64,000 nt of DNA from Mobula hypostoma. Lineage: Eukaryota. Location of the stretch: the NCBI RefSeq assembly GCF_963921235.1, contig NC_086097.1, forward strand, positions 223,946,001 to 224,010,000. The letters are read 5' to 3'. The notes beneath the pieces were generated by a model, which made no database searches, was not told the DNA's origin, and saw only the letters and a program-made list of their open reading frames with translations. The position numbers and the translations under genes are program-made. Of this stretch, positions 36,120-47,583 are shown in pieces; the stretch's first letter is position 1; each line of letters opens with the position of its first letter.

Positions 36120-39100
36120 GAAGATAGAGGGTGTGGCGTTGCTCTGTTGGTAAAAAAAAAATTAAATTAAATCATTAGAAAGAGGTTACATACGGTCAGA
36201 AGGTGTTGAATCATTGTGGATAGAGCTAAGGAACTGCAAGGGTAAAATAACCCTTGTGGGAGTTGTGTACAGATCCCCAAACAGTAGTAAAGAAGTGATC
36301 TACATTTTACAATGGGAGATAGAAAATACATGCCAAAAAGGCAATGTTACAATAGTCATAGGGGATTTTAATATGCAGGTAGATTGGGAAAATCAGGTTG
36401 GTGCTGAATTCCAGAAAGGGGAGTTTCTAGAATGCCGACAAGATGGCTTTTAGTGCAGTTCATGGTTGAACCCACTAGAGAATCAGCTATTCTGGACTGG
36501 GTGTTGTGGAATGAACTTTAATTGATTAGAAAGCTAAAGGTAAAAGAACCCAAGTGATCATAATATGATCAAATTATCCTTGAAATTTGAGGAGAAGCTA
36601 AAGTCAGATGTATCAGTATTACAATGGAGTAAAGGAAATTACAGAGGCATGAGAGAGGAGTTGGCCAGAATTGATTGGAAAGGAACACTGGCAGGGATGA
36701 CAGCAGAGCAGCAATGGCTGGAATTTCTAGAAGCAACTTGGAGGGCACAGGATATAGACATCCCAAATGGGAAGAAGTATTCTAAAAGCATTTAAATACA
36801 AACATAAGGCAATTAAAAAGTCATTAAGAAGGTAAAGATGGAATACAAAAGTAAGCTAGTCAATAATTGTGTACAGATCCCCAAACAGTAGTAAAGAAGT
36901 GATCTACATTTTACAATGGGAGATAGAAAATACATGCCAAAAAGGCAATGTTACAATAGTCATAGGGGATTTTAATATGCAGGTAGATTGGGAAAATCAG
37001 GTTGGTGCTGAATTCCAGAAAGGGGAGTTTCTAGAATGCCGACAAGATGGCTTTTAGTGCAGTTCATGGTTGAACCCACTAGAGAATCAGCTATTCTGGA
37101 CTGGGTGTTGTGGAATGAACTTTAATTGATTAGAAAGCTAAAGGTAAAAGAACCCAAGTGATCATAATATGATCAAATTATCCTTGAAATTTGAGGAGAA
37201 GCTAAAGTCAGATGTATCAGTATTACAATGGAGTAAAGGAAATTACAGAGGCATGAGAGAGGAGTTGGCCAGAATTGATTGGAAAGGAACACTGGCAGGG
37301 ATGACAGCAGAGCAGCAATGGCTGGAATTTCTAGAAGCAACTTGGAGGGCACAGGATATAGACATCCCAAATGGGAAGAAGTATTCTAAAAGCATTTAAA
37401 TACAAACATAAGGCAATTAAAAAGTCATTAAGAAGGTAAAGATGGAATACAAAAGTAAGCTAGTCAATAATATTAAAGAGGATATCAAAAGTTTCTTCAG
37501 ATACTTAAAGTGTAAAAGGGAGGTGAGAGTGGATATCAGTCCACTGGAAAATGATGATGGACAAGTAATGGGGGACAAGGAAATAGTGGACGAACTGAAT
37601 AAGTATTCTGCATCAATCTTCACTGTGGAAGATACTAACAGTATGGTGGAAGTCCCAGGTGTCAGGGGTCATGAAGTGTGTTCAGTTATGGTAACTAGAG
37701 AGAAGGTTCTGGGGAAACTGAAAGTTCTGAAGGTAGATAAGTCACCTGGACCAGATGGACCATACCCCAGGGTTCTGAAAGAGATAGCTGAAGAGATTGT
37801 GGAGGCATTAATAATGATCTTCAAGAATCACTAGATTCTGGAATGGTTCCAGAAGACTGGAAAATTGCAAATGTCACTGCACTCTTCAAGAAGGGAAGAA
37901 GGCAAAAGAAAGGAAATTATAGGCCAGTTAGTCGAACCTCTAATAGTTGAGAAGATGTTGGAGTCGATTGTTAAGGATGTGGTTTCAGGGTTGATAAAAT
38001 AGGCCATAGTCAGCATGGTTTTGTCAAGGGAAACTCTTGCTCGACAAATCTGTTGGAATTCATTGAAGAAATAACAAGCAAGATAGACAAAGGAGAATTG
38101 GTTGATGTTGTGTACTCTGGATTTTCAGAAGGCCTTTCATAAGGTGTCATACATGTGGCTGCTTAACAAGCAGTCCATCGTATTACAGGAAAGATTCTTG
38201 CATGGATAAAGCTGACTGGCAAGAGGCAAAGAGTGGGAATAAAGGGAGCTTTTTCTGGTTGGCTGCTGGTGACTAGAGGTGTTCCACAGGGGTCTGTGTT
38301 GGGACTGATTCTTTTTATGTTATATGTTATATTATATTATGTTATATTGGAATTCGATGGAATTGATGACTTTGTTGCAAAGTTTGCAGATGATACAAAG
38401 ATAGGTGGAGGGGCAGGTAGTTTTGAGGAAATAGGGAGACAACAGAAGGACAGACAGATTAGAAGAATGGACAAAGAAGTGGCAGATGGAATACAGTGTC
38501 AGGAAGTGTATGGTCATGCACTTTGGTAGAAGAAATGAAAAGGTTGACTATTTTCTAAATGGAGAGAAAATACAAAAAACTGAAGTGCAAAAGAATTTGG
38601 GAGTCCTTGTGCAAGATTCCCTAAAGGTTAATTTGCAGGTTGAGTCTGTGGTGAGGAAGGCAAATACGATGTTAGCATTCATTTCTGGAGGACTGGAATA
38701 TAAAAGCAAGGAGGTAATGTTGATTCTTTATAAAGCACTGGTGAGGCCTCACTTGAAGTATTGTGAGCAGTTTTGGTCCTGTTGTCTAAGAAAGGATGGG
38801 CTGATACTGGAGAAGATTCAAAGGAGGTTCACGAAAATAATTCCAGGATTAAACACGTGTCATATAAAGAGCATTTGATGGGCCTGTATTCATTAGAATT
38901 CAGAAGAATGAGGGGTGACTTAACTGAAACCTATCAAATGGTGAAAGGCTTTGATAGAGTGAATATGGAAATAATGTTTCCTATGGTGGGAGTGCCTAAG
39001 ACCAAGGGGACGCTGTCTCAAAATGGATGGGCGTCCTTTTAGAGCAGAGATGGGGGGGAATTTCTTAAGCCAGAGAGTGGTGAATCTGTGGTATTCGTTG

Positions 39101-39195
39101 CCACAGGAATCTGTAGAGTCCAAGTCTTTAAATACATTTAATTTTGAGATTGATAGACTCTTGATTGGTCAGGGCATGAAGGGATACAGGGAGAC
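36120..39195 (+). mobile_element. CR1 LINE ORF2 (APE and RT), degenerate, with internal 604-bp tandem duplication
   Basis: ORFs contain VYRSPN, IGDFN, SPGPDG, GVPQGSVLG, KFADDTKIGG and LVRPHL.YC.QFW. Confidence 0.92.
36263..37470. repeat. Tandem duplication, 2 x 604 bp, apparently identical
   Basis: 36263-36866 is repeated at 36867-37470. ORF translations are identical at an offset of 604. Confidence 0.92.
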
Positions 39196-40590
39196 TGCTC
39201 ACTCTCTCCACTTCTGATCCCTCTGTGAGGATTGGTATGTGTTCCTTCGTCTTACCCTTCCTGAAGTCCACAATCAGCTCTTTTGTCTTACTGAAACTGA
39301 GTGCCAGGATGTTGCTGCGGCACCATTCCACTAGTTATCATATCTCACTCCTGTACGCCATCTTGTTGCCTCCTGAGATTCTACCAACAATGGTTGTACC
39401 ATCAGCAAATTTATAGATGGTATTTGAGCTATGCCTAGCCACACAGTCATTTGTATATAGAGAGTAGAGCAGTGGGCTTAGCACAAACCCCTGAGGTGCA
39501 CCAGTGTTGATTGTCAGTGAGGAGAAGATGTTATCACCAATCCACACAGATTGTGGTCTTCTGGTTAAGAAGTCAAGGATCCAATTGCAGAGGGAGGTAC
39601 AGAGGCCCAGGTTCTGCAACTTCTTAATCAGGATTGTGGGAATGATGGTATTAAATGCTGAGCTGTAGTTGATGAACAGCATCCTGACATAGGTGTTTGT
39701 GTTGTCCAGGTGGTCTAAAGCAGTGTGGAGAGCCATTGAGATTGCATTTGCCGTTGAATTATTGTAGCGATAGGCAAATGCAAATACTGAGGCAGGAGTT
39801 CAGTCTAGTCATAACCAGCCCCTCAAAGCATTTCATCACAGCGATGTGAGTGCTACCGGACAATAGTCATTTAGGCAGCTCACGTTATTCTTCTTAGGCA
39901 CTTTTTGAAGCAAGTGGGAACTTCCACCCATAGCAGTGAGAGGTTGAAAATGTCCTTGAATACTCCCGCTAGCTGGTTGGCACAGGTTTTCAGAGCCTTA
40001 CCAGGTACTCCATTGGGATCTTCCACCTTGCAAGGGTTCACTCTCTTTAAAGACAGTCTAACATTGGCCTCTGAGACGGAGATCACAGGGTCATCAGGTG
40101 CAGCAGGGATCTTCACAGTTGTAGTTGTGTTCTCCCTTTCAAAGCATGCATAGAAGGCATTGAGTTCATTGGGTAGTGGAACATCGCTGCCATTCATGCT
40201 ATTGGGTTTCGCTTTGTAAGAAGCAATGTTCTGCAAACCCTGCTAGAGTTGCCGTGCATCTGATGTCGCCTCCAACTTCACCTGAAATTGTCTCTTTACC
40301 CTTGAAATAACCCGTGGCAAATCATACCTGGTTTTCTGGTCCAGGCCTGGGTCGCCGACTTGAATGCCACAGATCTAGCCTTCAGCAGGCGATGTACCTC
40401 CTGGTTCATCCATGGCTTTTGGTTTGGGAATGTACAGTAAGTCTCTGTTGACACGCACTCATCCACACAGGTTTTAATGAAGTCGGTAACAACTGCAGCA
40501 TACTCATCCAGATTCAAAGATGAATCCCTGAATACAGTCCAGTCCACCAATTCAAAGCAGTCCTATAGGCGCTCCTGTTCTTCCTTTGTC
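39196..40590 (-). mobile_element. Rex1/Babar LINE RT fragment
   Basis: ORFs 39338-39736 ([31 protein letters not shown]), 39880-40236 and 40296-40550. Confidence 0.9.
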
Positions 40591-40840
40591 CATAATGTGG
40601 ACTGAGAGTCCAATTTGCGATTTAATTATGATGCTGTACGTCACTCAATCTGTTGGGTTCATATTGGCTCCCAGAACAATCCCATCAGTCCCATTCACAC
40701 TCTCATTTCCCTGTCTCCCAGCAACTAATTCTCTCTCATGTACCCATCATTACACAAAGGGTAATTTATGGTTGCTTGTTAACTTAAGAGAAACAAAAGA
40801 GATTTTGTAGATGGTGGAAATCCAGAACATACACGAAATA

Positions 40841-42363
40841 CAGGTTTCCCCCGCCATCTGAAGGTAGATCGTTCCTATGAAACGGTTCGTAAGCCGGAAT
40901 GTCGTAAAGTGAAGAAGCAATTACCATTTATTTATATGGGAAAAATTTGTGAGCGTTTGCAGACCCAAAAAATAACCTACCAAATCGTGCCAAATAACAC
41001 ATAAAACCTAAAATAACAGTAACATATAGTAAAAGCAGGAATGATATGACAAATACACAGCCTATATAAAGTAAAAATACTTTCCTACAATCATTGCCAC
41101 ACTGTCCACCATAGCGAAAATCTCACGCAAGCGCTCTTGGCAGAAACACTCTCTCCAGTAACCTTTAAGCTATGAAGCTGCCAAATCATACCAAATAACA
41201 CATAAAAATACACAGCCTATATAAAGTAGAAATAATGTATGCACAGTGTAGTATCACTTACCAGAATCCGGAAGACAGAGCCGCATGGTACCTAATTAAT
41301 TAGATTGTTTATTTTGGCTTTTTTCTTAAAGATGTGCCATGTGTGTCCCTGCTACCGCTGCATTCTTCGTCGATCGGTATCGGTCCACGGCCTGGAGGTT
41401 GGGCTGGTGGGACACTGGGGTGTCATCTCATCGTCGTCTGTTTCCATCAGGGCAGGCAGGTCATCTTCTTCTATGTCCGCCTGCCTCGATGTTGAAGGTC
41501 GAGGTTTGTTGTTTGCTGTGGCTGATGCGGAAGGGTTGAAAAATGACAGTATACTTGACTGCAGAGCCTCGCGCATTTTTCTATCATACAGTTCTTTGTA
41601 AGCACTCAAACCATCCTGCAAATGTGCCCTAAACCTACGTACCCTTTCAAAATTAAAGTTGTACTTTTCTGCAATCGTTGCAGCGAAAATCTCATGAAGT
41701 TCCTGGACGACTTCACTTTTGGTCTGTTCACTACTGCATTCATAGAAAAAATAGAAAAACATAGAAAATAGGTGCAGGAGTAGGCCATTCGGCCCTTCGA
41801 GCCTGCACCGCCATTTATTATGATCATGGCTTATCATCCAACTCAGAACCCCGCCCCAGCCTTCCCTCCATACTCCCTGACCCCCGTAGCCACAAGGGCC
41901 ATATCTAACTCGGTTTCGATTGTTATCCTTTCCTCTTCCAATTGTATCAGCTCTTCATCTATCAGTTCTTGGTCATGGGATGCTAAAACTTCTTCAACAT
42001 CATCTTTGTTAACTTCCACAAGCCAAACTCACTTTGTCCTTACTTCGTTCACCACGATCGAAACGCTTAACTATGTCTAGTTTTACGCTAAGTATAACAC
42101 CTTTACAGGCTCTTTTAGGCTTTTCCGATACCTTAGAACTCATCTTGCTAACACATGCTCAAAGTAAAATGCTCACAGGCACGTGTTTAAGCAATGCCGG
42201 CTAGAATGCAGTTCCGGGTGAGGAGCTTGGCTGCTCAGGGCGCGCGCTGCCTTCTTTCGTGACAGTGAAAACACCTTCTGTTAGCGAAAGCAGGTAACTA
42301 ATGTAGGTCTTTCGTAAAAGCAAGGTTTCATAAAGCAAATGTTCGAAAAGCGGGGGACACCTG
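40841..42363 (-). mobile_element. Internally deleted Tigger/pogo DNA transposon, copy 1
   Basis: TIRs CAGGTTTCCCCCGC and GCGGGGGACACCTG with a TA TSD. Transposase N-terminal (KLDIVKRFDRGERSKD) and C-terminal (YKELYDRK..QSSILSFF) remnants are present, but no DDE core. It is inserted into a Penelope terminal repeat and contains a CR1 3' tip at about 41741-41890. Confidence 0.88.
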
Positions 42364-42365
42364 TA

Positions 42366-44025
42366 CTGGAAGATCTCAGCGGATCAGGCAGCATCTATGG
42401 AAAGGAAAAAAGAGCTGATGTTTTGGGCCAAGACCCTTCTTCAGGACTGGAAAGGGAAGAGGGATGAAGCCAGAATAAAGCAGTGGGGGGAGCGTAAGTA
42501 GTACAAGCTCAAAGGTAATAGGTGAAATGAGGAGAGGGGGACGTTAAGTGGGTGGGGGAGGAGAGACTCTCAGACACCTCCTCTTACTTACCCCTTGAAG
42601 AGGACCGCACTCGGGACCATTAAAATATTGTCTCCTGCACTATCACCAACCTCACCAACTCTGGAGATCTCCCAACCACTGCCACCAGCATAGTCCCCTT
42701 ACCCACACTGTTCATTTCCACCTTCCTGCTGTAGCTCTAACTACTGAACCACCATGCCTCTAACTGATGATACCCAAGTGATTAGGAATTAATTAATGCA
42801 AATTAGATCTTTACCATCTACTGTTAGAATACTGAATACGGGCCACTGCCATCATCATTCAATAAGGACTTAACAAGAAACTTGCAAGTCAGTGACACTT
42901 AATCATGGATAATGGTTTTTTATTCAAAAAGCAGGCTGATATTTTCTAGAAAGCTTAAAATAAATTCTCAGCCTATATAATTTTGACTTGTAAATTAAGT
43001 CTACTTGTCCAGTCTCCAATTCTAAAGGTAACAAACTGAGATATCCTACCACTAAACATATCTTTACCCTCCCCCCACTGCTTTCCACAGGGATCACTCC
43101 CTCCGTGACTCCCTTGTCCATTCATCCCTCCCCACTAATCTCCCTCCTGGCACTTAACCCTGAAAGCGGTTAAAGTGGTACACCTTCCCATTCACCTCCT
43201 CCCTCACCCCCATTCAGGACTCCAAACAGTCCTTCCAGGTGAGGCAACCCTTCACCACTGACCTGATGGGGTTGTCTTTTGTGTCTGATGCTCTTGATGT
43301 AGCTTCCTCTACAACGGTGAGACCCATTGTAAATTGGAGACCATGTCAACGAGCACCTTGGCTTCATCTGCTCCCTGGTGGCCAATCATTTTAATTCTGA
43401 CAACATACATAAAAGTTGCTGGTGAACGCAGCAGGCCAGGCAGCATCTCTAGGAAGAGGTACAGTCGACGTTTCGGGCCGAGACCCTCCATCAAGACTAA
43501 CTGAAAGAAGAGCTAGTAAGAGATTTGACTGATTTCCATTCCTGTTCTGGTATTTTGGTCCATGGCCTCCACTTGTGCCAAGATGAGGCCACCCTCAGGG
43601 TGGCGGAACAACACTTAATATTCTGTCTGGGTAGACTCCAACTGACGGCAAGAATATTGATTTCTCCTTCCGGTTAAAAAAAATTCCCTCTCCTTCTCTT
43701 CTATTCCCTACTCTGATCTTTTACCTCTTCTCACCTGCCTATCACTTCCCCTGGGTCCCCTCCTCTTTCCCTTTCTCCGATGGTCCACTCTCCTCTCAAA
43801 ACAGGTTCCTTCTTCTCCACCCTTTGACCTTTCCCACTCAGCTGGCTTCACCTATCACCTTCTAGCTAGCCTCCTTCCCTGCCCCCAAACTTTTTATTCT
43901 GGCATCTTCCCCCTTCTTTGCCAGTCCTGAACAAGGATCAGGGCCCAAAGTGTCGACTGTTTATTCATCTTCATAGATACTGCTTGACCTGCTGAGTTCC
44001 TCCAGCATTTTGTGTGTGCTGCTTG
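42366..44025 (+). mobile_element. Penelope-like element remnant: inverted terminal repeat, RT and GIY-YIG fragments, 3' terminal repeat
   Basis: Peptides LSDTSSYLPLEED...SGDLP (42562 onward) and AFHRDHSLRDSLVHS...LYNGET...NEHL (43080-43360). Degenerate hammerhead motifs lie at 42413-42448 (-), 43463-43498 (-) and 43923-43958 (+). Confidence 0.8.
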
Positions 44026-44262
44026 AGATATGTAGGTGATATAACCTTTTCATATGGACTAAAACCATGCAGATTCAGTTAACACAAATCAACACAGTAC
44101 TATCAGACATTACCAACCTGCTTCTGAAATATTCCTATGAAAGAAGCATTGGTAAACTGGACAAGGGCATTGACATTCACTGGCACACTTAACTCTGAAC
44201 GCCACCGAATGAAGGCAAAGTTGTCCAATAACTGGTTTCTCATTTTGGCTTCTGTGAAATAT

Positions 44263-44710
44263 TTAGACCATAAGACATAGGAGCAGAATTAGGTCATTTG
44301 GCCCATGGAGTCTGCTCCGCCATTCAATTATGGCTGATCCTTTTTCTCTTCTCCTCAAACCCAGTTCCCGGCCTTCTCCCTGTAACCTATCAGTCTCTGC
44401 CTTAAATACATCCAACACCTGGCCCCCAAAGCTGCACATGGCAACAAATTCCACAAATTCACTACCCTCTGGCTAAAGAAATTTCTCTGCATCTCTGTTT
44501 TGAATCGACGCCCCTCTATCCTGAGGCAGTGCCCTCTTGTCCTAGACTCTTCCACCATGGGAAATATCCTTTCCACATGTACTCTGTCTAGGCCTTTCAA
44601 CATTCCAAAAGTTTCAATGAGATCCCCTCTCATCCTTCTAAATTCCAGCGAGTACAGACCCAGAGCCATCAAACATTCCTCGTATGATAATCCTTTCATT
44701 CCTGGAATAA
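44263..44710 (-). mobile_element. CR1 3' end
   Basis: ORF 44355-44699 reads GLSYEE.L..LGLYSLEFRRMRGDLIE. Confidence 0.9.
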
Positions 44711-45486
44711 TTTAGTTTCACAGTAAGTGCTTTTTTTTAAATTGCCTTTTGTTTATTCAGGCCTATTCTGTATTGCTTTTGCAGCCTTCACTATGTATAC
44801 TCATTGTTATTACCTAACAGCATGAGAGCCAAGGTGAATGGCCTAGTTTCATTTATGCTGCTAATCTACATTATTGCATATTTGGCCTGTGCAAGATTTT
44901 TGAAGAGAACTCCAGTCAAAGAAGCTAATTCATTCAACCACTATATACCTTTAGTGAGTAAGAAAATTTGCGTATTCAAAGACATTCAGGTGTACAGGAG
45001 TAAGATAGATGAGCTGGTTCAGTGGTGGGTCACAGCAATAACCTTGTGCTCAATATCAGTAAGACTGTGGACTTCAGGAAGAGGAAGTTGAGGGAACCCA
45101 CACAAATCCTCATCTAAAGATCAACAGTAGAAAGGGTTCCTGGGTATCAACATCTCCGAAGATCTATCCTGGCCTCAACGTATCCATGCAATTATAAAGA
45201 AAGCAATCCAGCAGCTATATTTCATTTGGAGTTTGAGGAGAATTGGTATGTCACCAATGCCTCTAAAAGGTGGCATCCATCATTAAAGACCCCTATCATT
45301 CAAGAGGTTCCTGAATGGCCAGTGAGCCCATATGCAATATGAACTACATATAACATATAACCTTATAATAATTACAGCACGGAAACAGGCCATCTCAGTC
45401 CTTCTAGTCCGTGCCGAACTCTTACTCTCACCTAGTCCCACCGACCTGCATGCAGCCCATAACCCTCCATTCCTTTCCTGTCCATA

Positions 45487-47583
45487 CAGGTTTCCCCCGC
45501 CATCCGAAGGTAGAGCGTTCCTATGAAACGGTTCATAAGCCGGAATGTTGTAAAGCGAAGAAGCAATTATCATTTATTTATATGGGAAAATTTTGTGAGC
45601 GTTCGCAGACCCAAAAATAACCTACCAAATCATGCCAAATAACACATAAAACTTAAAATAACACTAACATATAGTAAAAGCAGGAATGATATAATAAATA
45701 CACAGCTTATATAAAGTAGAAATACTTTTCTACAATCATTGCCTGAACTGTTCTCCGTAGCGAAAATCTCACACAAGCGCTGTTGACAAAAACATGGCGC
45801 AAGCGTTCTCCAGTAACCTTTAAACTATGAAGCTGCCAAATCATACCAAATAACATGTAAAAATACACAGTCAATATAAAGTAGAAATAATGTATGTACA
45901 GTGTAGTATCACTTACCAGAATTGGGAAAGCGCCGAGCACACTGATGATGGTGTGTTAGACTTGTCGGAGTTTGCGTGGTGCAGTGCCCCCCACCCTCCA
46001 GGCCGACCAAGCGATACATTGCTGCGAAGCGGTACAGCGGTAGGCGGGACGCATCCAGCACATCTTTAAGAAAAAAGCCGAAATAATCATGCTAATTAAT
46101 TAGGTGCCACCCGGCACGTAATTGTCGGCCCAGATCAGTGCTGATTGCCGATTGCATCGTCTCTGATCTGGGCCGACAATTACATGTCGGGCGGCACCTA
46201 ATTAATTAGCATGTTTATTTCGGCTTTTCTCCTAAAGATGTCCTGTGTGTCTTCCGGCTACTGCTGCATTCTTTGTGAATCAGTATCTGTCTGCGGCCTG
46301 GGTGTTGGGGTGGTGGAACACTGGGGTGTCATCTTGTCGTCTGTTTCCATTAGGGCAGGCAGCTCAGCTTCTCCTATGACTGCCCACCTCGATGTCGAAG
46401 GTTGAGGTTCGTCGTCTGCTGTGGCTGATGTGGAGGGCTTGCTTGACTGCTGAGCCTCGCGCATTTTTAGATCATACAGTTCTTTGTAAGCACTCAAATC
46501 ATCCTGCAAATATCCCCTAAACTGACGTACCCTTTCAAAATTAAAGTCGTACTTTATTATTACTCGTTTGGTTTCGATTGGTGAGACCACACCTGGAGTA
46601 TTGTGTGCAGTTTTGGTCCCCTAATCTGAGGAAAGACATCTTTGCCATAGAGGGAGTACAAAGAAGGTTCACCAGATTGATTCCTGGGATGGCAGGTCTT
46701 TCATATGAAGAAAGACTGGATGAACTGGGCTTGTACTCGTTGGAATTTAGAAGATTGAGGGGGGATCTGATTGAAACGTATAAGATCCTAAAGGGATTGG
46801 ACAGGCTAGATGCGGGAAGATTGTTCCCGATGTTGGGGAGGTCTAGAACGAGGGGTCACAGTTTGAGGATAGAGGGGAAGCCTTTTAGGACCGAGGTTAG
46901 GAAAAACTTCTTCACACAGAGAGTGGTGAATCTGTGGAATTCTCTGCCACAGCAAACTGTTGAGGCCAGTTCATTAGCTATGTTTAAAAGGAAGTTAGAT
47001 ATGGCCCTTGTGGCTACAGGGGTCAGGGGGTATGGAGGGAAGGCTGGGTTCTGAGTTGGATGATCAGCCATGATCATAATAAATGGCGGTGCAGGCTCGA
47101 AGGGCCGAATGGCCTACTCCTGCACCTATTTTCTATGTTTCTATGTTTCTATGATTGTTATCCTTTCCTCTTCCAATTACATCAGCTCTTCATCTATCAG
47201 TTCTTGGTCAAGGGATGCCAAAACCTCTTCAACATCATCTTTGTCAGCTTCCACAAGCCAAACTCACTTAGTCCTTACTTCGTTCACCATGATCAAAACG
47301 CTTAATTATGTCTAGTTTTACGCTAAGTGTAACACCCTTACGAGCTCTTTCAGGCTTTTCCGATACTATAGAAATCTTGCAAAAGGCTGCTCACAGACAC
47401 ATGATTAAGCAATGCAGGCGAGAATGCAGTTCCGAATCAGGGGGAGAGCGGCTGCTCGGGGCGCGCACTGCTTTCTTTGTAACAGTGAAAACATCTTTTG
47501 TTAGCGAAAATAGGGTACTAATGTAGGTCTTTCGTAACAGTGAGGTTTCGTAAAGCTAACGTTCGAAAAGTGGGGGGCGCCTG
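45487..47583 (-). mobile_element. Internally deleted Tigger/pogo transposon, copy 2
   Basis: Same TIRs and TA TSD as 40841-42363. Contains a palindromic hAT-MITE-derived segment (about 45982-46323) and a CR1 insertion. Confidence 0.88.
46580..47152 (+). mobile_element. Young 5'-truncated CR1 insertion
   Basis: Uninterrupted ORF 46578-47054 (VRPHLEYCVQFWSP...RNFFTQRVVNLWNSLP-type sequence), an (TTTCTATG)n tail, and gattg on both flanks. Confidence 0.92.
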
